Shown in pieces: positions 20,701 through 24,775 of a stretch of 64,000 bases of DNA (positions within the stretch are counted from its first letter, which is position 1; each line of letters opens with the position of its first letter). The DNA comes from Candidatus Omnitrophota bacterium. Lineage in GTDB: Bacteria; Omnitrophota; Gorgyraeia; Zapsychrales; Zapsychraceae. Both the position numbers and the translations under genes were made by a program. The stretch lies in contig JACKFL010000005.1 of NCBI GenBank assembly GCA_020632495.1, positions 1,036,925 to 1,100,924 of the forward strand, read 5' to 3'. The notes beneath the pieces were generated by a model that saw only the letters and a program-made list of their open reading frames with translations, was not told where the DNA came from and searched no databases.

Positions 20701-23700
20701 TCCCCGTTCGCGATCCTCTATCAGGCCACGGACGCCTACCGCCGCCGGACCCTGGTTTATAACGCGCGGGCCGCCGAGCGCTTTTACCGGGACGTGGTGT
20801 ATGATTTGGGACGCTACCTCGGCGCGCTGTGGACCGTGGGCGGCCGAACCGACGGCGGTCCGATCGAAGAACGCAATGTCGCTATCCGGGGTAACCGGGT
20901 AGTCCTGCACGATTGGGATGAGGGTTTTGTGCCGAACCGGGAGACCGTGGGGATCCGGATCGAGCCGTCGGCGATCCGCAATGATTTCGGCATGATGCAG
21001 ATCTCGACGCTGAAAACGATTCAGCAGCTGCTCGGTGTGCATGACCGGTTTGCCGACAGCGCCCAGCGCTATTTTATGGAAGGCGTCACGGCCGGCAGCC
21101 GGCGCGCTATGGAAGAAATCCTGATGAATCCCGGACAAGATGTGCTGAATGATATCGACCGGCAGATGTTGTTGAATGACTGGCGCCGGCTGACGCTGCC
21201 CCGGGAGACCACAACGGATGTCAGCGATGTGTTTGCGGCGGAGTTCCTGCGTTCTGTGCGGGAGCTGGCGCAACAGGGAGAACGTGTCACGGCCGATCAG
21301 GCCGTGCTGGCCGATCCCGCCGCAGACGCGCGCCTCATCAGTGAGATCGAACCGATTGAGCAGTTCGCCCGTTTTATCACAGATATCGAGGACTTGGACG
21401 CGTTTGTCGAGGCGCCTTTGCTGGAAGCGGCCCGCACATTGTTCAAGAAGGGCATCCGCACCTTCTGGACCTCGGCCAACCGCAAGGACATCGCCGAAGG
21501 ATCCCCGGCGGTCCTGATGTTCCTTTATGACGAATTGTCGCCGCGCAACAAGCTGGTGTCGCACAGCGTGGGGCAGGTGCTCGACAACATCAGCACCGTC
21601 GTGCGTATTCCGATGGACGAGACGACGACGGTGGCCGATATTCATCGTGAGGCCATGGCCATCGTCAACCGCTTTGAGGCGCAGCCGATGGACCGCAGCA
21701 TCGCCGAGATTATCCGGCCGGGACGGGACCAGGCTGTCACTGTGGAAGAACAGGACAAGCCGCCGGCGGATGTCCGGCGCCTGGCCGGTGTCGCGTTTAT
21801 CTTCGGCACCGGAAATAACGCAACGGTAATCGATGCCGACGGGAACGTCCGCCTTGAGAACGGAGCGCTCACCGAACTCGGACACAATATTCTTAAGAAA
21901 AGCCGGACCGGGGAATGGGTATTTACGGGGCGGGAAACTTTGGGTGCTAAACCCGATCGGGAATCCGGAGACGTGAGTTTCGAAGATTCCTTCAGTGGTC
22001 CCAACATCGCGCGCCGGTTCGCGCAGACAGACTGGGCGCCGGCGTTTATCAAAACACATGTTACCGCGCTGCCGGAGGGCTTCGCGACTCATACACAACT
22101 TGTTGACTTGGTTCGCAACGTGCCCGATGACGAAAATCTTCGCAAACTCCGGGCGGCGGGTATTGATGTTATTCTGCGGACGATTACAGCCGCGGTATCC
22201 GACGGTGACGCGCAGGCGATAAGCTTTGTCAATCGCTTGGGACGTGAGATCGGTGTGGCCTTGGCAGCTTGGTTGAAGCATTATGCCGCTGAAGATTGGA
22301 CGCAGAATATCGTTTTGGTCAGCGGAGTCGGCGAGCACTTTGCCCGTATTGAAGGAGAGACGGACGATACCAATGTCTTTATCGGAGGTATTCGAGCGGG
22401 CGTAACTTTGGGACTTGCGGAAGCCGGGAAAACGGAAGGTCTACGTTATCTCGACGAAGCGCGGATCCAGGGTATCGCCCGCGGCATACGGCGTTCCACG
22501 ATGGGATGGGAACGCGAGTTATTGGCGGCCCGTTTCACCGAACAAGAACGGTCACAACTGGACATAACCGATGCCGCCCCGCAAGACGCCCTGGCCGTGG
22601 GAATCAGTCTGGGTGGGACAAAGATCGGCGCCGGTCTGATCTCGATGGACGGGAATATACTCGCGCGGGATGAAATTCAATGGCGGCAGCGCTATCACGA
22701 ATCGTCCGCAGGTATTGTCGAAGGTATCGTTGACAGGATTGCGAATTTGCTAACGGCAGACGCCGTACGGAATTTGAGAAAAGTCGGCATCGCTTTTGCC
22801 GGACCCGTGGACCGGGACGCCGGCGTCGTGGGTACGCCGTTTAAAGCGCCCAATCTGCCGTTCGAAAATTATCCGCTGCGACAGGCCATTCGCGAAAGGC
22901 TCTTACAGAAGCTGCAGGACGAGTTTGGCAGCCAAGTTCAAGATCTCACAATCGACATTTACAATGACAATGTGGCGGCGGCTATCGGAGAGCAAAGCCG
23001 GTCAGGTCGATTGAATGCCGGAGCCCGTGATGAGGCCATGCAGGCCTCGGCCCCAAAACAGGCGCGCGTTTTTGACACAGCGGAGGCCGTCGCCTCGGTC
23101 TTTCCGTACGCGGATGTGATCAACCTGCCGGCACTGGCCGAGAGCGGCGTGGTCCTGACCGGTCACGTCAACCGCGTGCCGGCGCAGACATCGCTCGAGA
23201 ACTATGTCTTGAAGGCGCGCCACCAAATGAAGATTTATGAGGGCGGCACGTATCGCGGGGCCGTGCCGTTGTGGGAATACAGTAAACCCGGGCAACTGGT
23301 GAATATCCCGCTGGAAAAGTTCACCGACGCCCGCTGGGTGTTACCGTTGCACGCGCAGTACCGTCCCAAACTGACGGAAAACCAGGGCCTGGTCCGCACG
23401 CTGTTGTGGCTGTATCTGGTGTCCCGTCCTGAATTGCAGGGTGAGAAGGTCGTCGCCATCGGCGCGGCCGAGCCGTTCCGCCGCACGCTGGATGAGATGC
23501 GCGCGGTCTTCGGTGATTACCGGACCTTCACTGAAGATGATTTCGGTTTCCGGCTCAGCCAGCCGGCCTATGAATTTACCGTACCGGTCCTGACCGCCGA
23601 ACAACGCTCTGCGGTGGAATCCTACCTCGAGAAATTCATGCCGATTACCGACGTTGCGTCGGACGGAGACGCAGCCGTCCTCGGCACCGATAAAAAAGGG

Positions 23701-23976
23701 GGGATCGACTTCAATCCGGTAAATATGAATCTGTCGGAGCAGGGAGACGATATCCCGCTGAATGTATCGCCAATCCTCTCGTCACCGCTCGGACCGATTG
23801 AAGGCATCCGGCCGGTGATTATTCAGATCGTTCCCGTCACCAATCTGCCGCTGCTGCTCGGTCTGACCGACAAACCTTCCGAAGATGCTCCTGTTTCCGG
23901 CGCGGATCTTCTCGCCCGTGATCCTGCCGACCGGCGTGCGTTGACGATCGCCGCCCTGGACGTCATCGTCCGTTAA
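8722..23976 (+). CDS. Giant (5,084 aa) signal-peptide-bearing multi-module protein: GHKL-like x2, HIT/GDP-hexose-phosphorylase-like, 2H phosphoesterase, kinase-like, HExxH x2, Pol-beta nucleotidyltransferase, split ROK/ASKHA
   Basis: Uninterrupted 15,255-nt ORF. N-terminal MFQVFANKRFAPLRRFCCAVLGAVFACGSLTPPAAAQ. Motif-level matches are listed in the findings. No Shine-Dalgarno is visible before ATG 8722. Confidence 0.9.
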   Translation: MFQVFANKRFAPLRRFCCAVLGAVFACGSLTPPAAAQTVPAVILPPVGAMVQTTAAYLPVTMLGLTVRPEDPLQLDFIIDGGQTGLTGAGLKSESAKLINYFLTALTLPEDQLWVNLSPYEKDRIIPDTLSRTEMGRDMLAQDYLLKQLTASLMYPEDELGRRFWDRIIQESYQRYGTTDLPASTFNKIWIIPEYAHVYKRDGSVFVVDSHLSVMLEEDYLAAAGHSGEAPGDTDVLDEATKELIREIMIPAIEREINTGENFAQLRQIFNSMILAVWYKKNLKESLLGQVYADRQLVKGVDHVDPGLKQEIYGRYLAAFRKGVFDYVREDLDPVSHEPVPRKYFSGGVAAIDQAQIAEVDGALPETFAANLHDTFTVRVNLTTIGGDPDAAVLAEERGWSQPHISASRERIESLLAFEASLNRFYPTPLTGGWLEAQSDVIVTRIMRLLETRKPRVITADTRKFVEALVIHLLVNSMDGYLQRTDGLADRADEFEFTFDSLVDGETLVLRFTDNGTAPAQAEDTAAKQQAMRQQRPRFGGRGQARSYHLPYLLRQLGRQVPVSLQERADGHPGTVTELRISLTDAAILIDGGDIPAFKDSEEVLADMLADGDLPLNVKLWHALEFLDRVRHWVSEENFVDSDTLDIYRRALTLVEPPRQYDDRNLLRAEAQGGLLHDLYLRQLEVLAEMADSTQRLLLMEPEIMLEDLETRILRAHPRVGMLTGTQYVSVKTKLMKLLSDQNRVQHIYDRIATKYPVREYERTARTVQLWEKLVPGDRDLVDYLIVLDKDTMPSGVDGMALIPEARTLVVSEEAFMDAGRRRGEIEVEHVLTEKQILAVTDAITARRNINFSQARAGLDGLRERMAPIFTELFGEGSPVPRFAYLRPSPTALVVEMDNDSLLALREASTKEITEKVAAADIDRDIDLGEEEAARFRQLRELMQRYPEYIAINYHDELIAYLTGGVLRTTNVDGLLEYYRRNYQNALYTLIDATIADQNLRDALFQEARTVLSPLNPRWSKIETAIRGNKALIDRLVDKKASLIIRNVTGGEVNLDESMDEVQRMLLEHRAYREASHELRAVLQFIPPGKMHRLSALEERLDDDIRVRKSAPTLTESIIGSGSGTPTPGIATVRGFARTKNDLPLIVQGMGQSVWVREHEVQHVINSGFTLYTSAGLKTPGSFNALWRRALRGKAVADEALTVTDVLREYLPEGRVPERTNVGRFQIVHAPWRTSPDKPDNFFEHVVMPFDEGQFFFGAPAQPDTVDWRFDEDTVFWEGQINGTGLSFIEQRWPYALNHFLIVPQRGEHRPQVLTEQDVRLMMDIARSEPLPGFRLAFNSLKAGASINHLHLHGLTVPGNTSALEQADLVELARRDGVTVKRIEGDIARGLYFTGADPAAAAATAYQYIQRLQDQDIAHTAIATPDGLFVLPVHGNIITSYGMTWSFYELMGFIVNSDTGRDFSWVREEHILAEMKEVVLSEQEFNDTYRGLWSREADKAVLTAGPVYGQQVEIVVRPDGMRIDGRTLSNGLPDIRHDLKHIAFAAVTGRSSVLDHLTYGAYSSRAWDDFTFREGIHAGNLEEIFVRAMEIYLAAGTQTNAQERLAAITADLGRPVDELPAEFAVSLENGSLFRRVLDAYAGLDRQLTTEGEVRVTHRYAPRFLKPATGDAAMTAAEHDEQRANVARIYAGMAENFNVTTGQPMFRDSERVAAMAGMFSTGPDGERRAVETDIYSVALMQLPQAMRDWLRDILVADWLQIFTETDEDIDHFIPERDTYHISVSVVQDLAARPDEAVGVLGRPDEGLTEDQRQRITEDLRRIIASQDKVTLTPVGARLGPDGTLIFVFEYDPALYEIRAEAVDAVRAQNAAFTGRPKPMVHVTLSRTLNNPTVTPQMAEMIARFRDRYTSVTNADMGLEGPVTVTELEFSHEKRWMHTEIGASEVIPLGGSDQAELVQFHPFDLLGLIDLDGKRLKAAVEAQEDVNAYDAPLDEELARLGFTREMIIEEIVSKLEQRRTLDRWAATDALEHILREVLENAVDAYMQRADFDDEFMFGFDVRSHPRGTVIRFLDNGTPLFVSETSEEKRVQKKVFHNRYGGKHAGMAIIRHQVTTNIDKRAEVKLIDLSSRFPGAERKLEFFTMLEILLPDDGAVLAEAPVKSGPGQLTLMFPVLRRLKIKEFDKGSQTRVFSTEAWDYVLKVLPAEPNGVFVIDNYERFRPYLGGLVPAYQIVRLLDTFGMYLEEAVVMEKISGPNLLEDIRAAYEAGDMTTVDRVLSEFTSLLQEIYDRGLLMPDVKLVNFKKHDGHYRLLDAGIVLDPAQFRDGRGDIETVGEFFMQRHLENLRVLGAVGGYELISRYRDAMAAIGLADGEGFLKKVGEMPEEMTPAPMPDISAGIVRSLHALADVPAEVTETADAEDSAVLSETGRAGLADETPLEELGLSRHSERVLRDRGLTTLGIIKQQHRSGALNDIPGMKSPLSKVRIEIDGLMLDLISGTEWSLPAVAEDIAAEAADEMVRDEIEADPALTRGEKDQALLTWQSAVDMLRHYRNRAVLSLPPKFTKPGQRGIVMLGHLHGLPYESQEWLDGLRYLDEARNGTDPQKWQRHVTRWENYLNQALDVEYAGLLQVIEQDYERVKTILTEMTDIRLAGVEYSAKEFRDLMPEAEQMAVLLPQLLRRLNFQSPEKRARQLMLFTYGPLVYAKVTGQAFMRDVELVPIDNHFLKTSVMGDVRKIDAALERARFSLSPDAKRSYQADAQAIIDRRYRKLRLDRDRHFALQVLKHTRKGQAMLVSLGNLHIDGVDAILKGRRVLPRAVIDMKEWEEKASELFVFPDRAAADRAVFGAIPALGGNDALDLDAFVLAVSDTYQDHLRGAWNGSLRFYVPLSETRRDIDDFLVTDPRDGRQWVYLAAQTGSEAGKSEAYLLRVKEATPTKIRFDEIMLQRATGFIPVQTLIDQGLALPGSAEVIIKQAERYMRNMRPVMLALLSQGIAKPKLVLGAARNKFDDDMVFLAVPIVDPAIPPSTFEGLYVGMRDNERVYIPMHAAGDRGPHVLVRLPRLIKMTERDLQGLAGIMAAQTFIGRRLGAEKIGPALAGAGVSLGGDEVELDTDRAVDNIFALDSDQTDKAWLRQDLREALISAGYVEDEAMIADGLDEKDDEFTELLRSNGFGRKVAELIQQEVRKSVQRLEDGQTTFGQRYRTVKNFLTKIQPMADDGDTEAQTTFVFGFVQRMEVVAPKKGRRAADVTERLAHELWHVYRNDDRLADAFSELRLLEEDLVEEDEDVRGWFNDPDIGLEDYVPLLERHNQELDEEPTADPDDPEPDWYSSFAEDLGQLIFMLTGGNADKSYRILNAMDRGLSLPQAVGAVLGDERQSRGDMAVLVEPPYLVGITQLQIADVTRSMVFDTFSGRRLGYLRVLRALNDARIILNRGKRIDLKLDLAVSNLHEQSGGDIEEAWLRRDLNTALHSIGVTIDQAVLSEDGRFPPVTQDDFVTYFKKASWWGPVIDRLEQFRTDGLIHSYGFTGSFSRGQYRLGSSKDLDIALVLRGEPFYANRLGPVVDFIEEINSDPGIPVHITLTAFGPSYRYSVRADTLEFDLVRQPEVVQYYLDAGHYRGDRFVRIDGSTADPQNLWRLHAKLVELGPMPEEQLREFLSGVDQAVLADVMDAVRRKLQRDAAFAGRGNEHLPGYLREFQARLIRGRTAADREIIDRLLNNEDILTVTDQTPLYNGAPLTVDNPVAWGNDTQIFMQPTRSIHLYPGDLRLKGSGGANFIKQFAGTVYPYNVREFGARARAIYFGANEQNLQKEMTAALSFAYLMETLWPTEGAQATNIPLGIKRVKTVTIGAEPYPVDVYFSKLAREDEEARTAMEELLVRQLGSRRAEYPEDTAAAFVAFMRPAQMLDMQGSPLRVGLIRKLLLEDYSAEHDFDVEVRERWQQRGQALTGLSAEEIARLAKQRVDDIFGEIMQDYQPLAVDATELITETEGASPFAILYQATDAYRRRTLVYNARAAERFYRDVVYDLGRYLGALWTVGGRTDGGPIEERNVAIRGNRVVLHDWDEGFVPNRETVGIRIEPSAIRNDFGMMQISTLKTIQQLLGVHDRFADSAQRYFMEGVTAGSRRAMEEILMNPGQDVLNDIDRQMLLNDWRRLTLPRETTTDVSDVFAAEFLRSVRELAQQGERVTADQAVLADPAADARLISEIEPIEQFARFITDIEDLDAFVEAPLLEAARTLFKKGIRTFWTSANRKDIAEGSPAVLMFLYDELSPRNKLVSHSVGQVLDNISTVVRIPMDETTTVADIHREAMAIVNRFEAQPMDRSIAEIIRPGRDQAVTVEEQDKPPADVRRLAGVAFIFGTGNNATVIDADGNVRLENGALTELGHNILKKSRTGEWVFTGRETLGAKPDRESGDVSFEDSFSGPNIARRFAQTDWAPAFIKTHVTALPEGFATHTQLVDLVRNVPDDENLRKLRAAGIDVILRTITAAVSDGDAQAISFVNRLGREIGVALAAWLKHYAAEDWTQNIVLVSGVGEHFARIEGETDDTNVFIGGIRAGVTLGLAEAGKTEGLRYLDEARIQGIARGIRRSTMGWERELLAARFTEQERSQLDITDAAPQDALAVGISLGGTKIGAGLISMDGNILARDEIQWRQRYHESSAGIVEGIVDRIANLLTADAVRNLRKVGIAFAGPVDRDAGVVGTPFKAPNLPFENYPLRQAIRERLLQKLQDEFGSQVQDLTIDIYNDNVAAAIGEQSRSGRLNAGARDEAMQASAPKQARVFDTAEAVASVFPYADVINLPALAESGVVLTGHVNRVPAQTSLENYVLKARHQMKIYEGGTYRGAVPLWEYSKPGQLVNIPLEKFTDARWVLPLHAQYRPKLTENQGLVRTLLWLYLVSRPELQGEKVVAIGAAEPFRRTLDEMRAVFGDYRTFTEDDFGFRLSQPAYEFTVPVLTAEQRSAVESYLEKFMPITDVASDGDAAVLGTDKKGGIDFNPVNMNLSEQGDDIPLNVSPILSSPLGPIEGIRPVIIQIVPVTNLPLLLGLTDKPSEDAPVSGADLLARDPADRRALTIAALDVIVR

Positions 23977-23994
23977 CCGTCATCATCCGCAGTA

Positions 23995-24023
23995 TTGGCG
24001 CGCCGTGCGCGGTGTGTTAAAAT
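23995..24023 (+). promoter_or_regulatory. Candidate promoter (TTGGCG-17 nt-TGtTAAAAT extended -10)
   Basis: Hexamers read by eye, 59 nt upstream of ATG 24082. Confidence 0.35.
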
Positions 24024-24081
24024 ACGGCGCCTTTGCGGACCCGCCGCGAAAGCTCATATCAATCACAGAAAGGGAAGCGCC

Positions 24082-24714
24082 ATGAAGATCGCTGTCATCG
24101 GGACCGGCAACGTCGGGTCCATCCTCGGAACACGTCTGGCCCATCAGGGGCATGAGGTCATCTTCGGATCACGCGATCCGCGGGCCGCCAAGGTGGTGTC
24201 CGTGGTCCAGTCCGCCGGCCCGAACGCGCGGGCGGATGCAAATGCCGCCGCCGTGAAGTCCGCCGAGGTCATCATCCTGACCGTGCCGTACTCCGGTGCG
24301 GAAGAAACGATCAAAGGGCTCGGTCCCTTACAAGGCAAGATCCTGATCGACACCACCAACGCGTTACTGCCCGACTTGTCGGGTTTGTCGCTGCCGGCCG
24401 GGGAATCCGCCGGTGAAAATGTTGCCGGATGGGCAGCCGGGGCACGCGTGGTGAAGGCCTTCAACACCATCGGGACCAAGGTCATGGAGGATCCGGCATA
24501 CGGGGATGACCGGGCGCTTCTCTTAATATGCGGCGACAGCGCCGGGGCCAAGGCGACCGCCGCGGACTTGGCGGACGAATTGGGCTTTAATGTGGTCGAT
24601 GCCGGGCCGTTGTCAATGGCGCGTCATCTCGAATCGCTGGCCATGCTGTGGATCCAACTCGCTTTTGTACAGGGAAAGGGAACGGACTTTGCGTTGAAGA
24701 TCCTTACGCGCTGA
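24082..24714 (+). CDS. NADP oxidoreductase, coenzyme F420-dependent family (NpdG/Fno-like Rossmann protein)
   Basis: MKIAVIGTGNVGSILGTRLAHQGHEVIFGSRDP... The dinucleotide-binding GxGxxG sits at the N-terminus. The track start at 23995 is an extension. Confidence 0.8.
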   Translation: MKIAVIGTGNVGSILGTRLAHQGHEVIFGSRDPRAAKVVSVVQSAGPNARADANAAAVKSAEVIILTVPYSGAEETIKGLGPLQGKILIDTTNALLPDLSGLSLPAGESAGENVAGWAAGARVVKAFNTIGTKVMEDPAYGDDRALLLICGDSAGAKATAADLADELGFNVVDAGPLSMARHLESLAMLWIQLAFVQGKGTDFALKILTR

Positions 24715-24775
24715 TCCCGGTTGCGGCATCAGGCGGTGCTTGTCTAACTCCAAGGAAGTGTGTACAATAGCTGTC

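Noticed and set aside
9109-22338. Many long minus-strand and alternative-frame ORFs inside the giant gene (for example 11680-12978, 13993-15216, 15562-17052, 20575-22338)
   Set aside because: All are nested within the uninterrupted + strand 15.3 kb frame, which carries numerous recognisable catalytic motifs. The nested ORFs have none, and they show shadow-frame composition.
8722-23976. Giant ORF as NRPS/PKS, RTX toxin or repeat adhesin
   Set aside because: I found no adenylation, condensation or ketosynthase core motifs, no carrier-protein GxDS, no GGxGxD nonapeptides and no long tandem Ig/cadherin-like repeats. The internal similarity is limited to two GHKL modules and one ~90-aa repeat pair.
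23998-24036. Weak hairpin GCGCCGT...ACGGCGC after the giant ORF, considered as a terminator
   Set aside because: It has a 7-bp stem with a 17-nt loop and only TTT downstream. It overlaps the better-supported promoter hexamers for the next gene.
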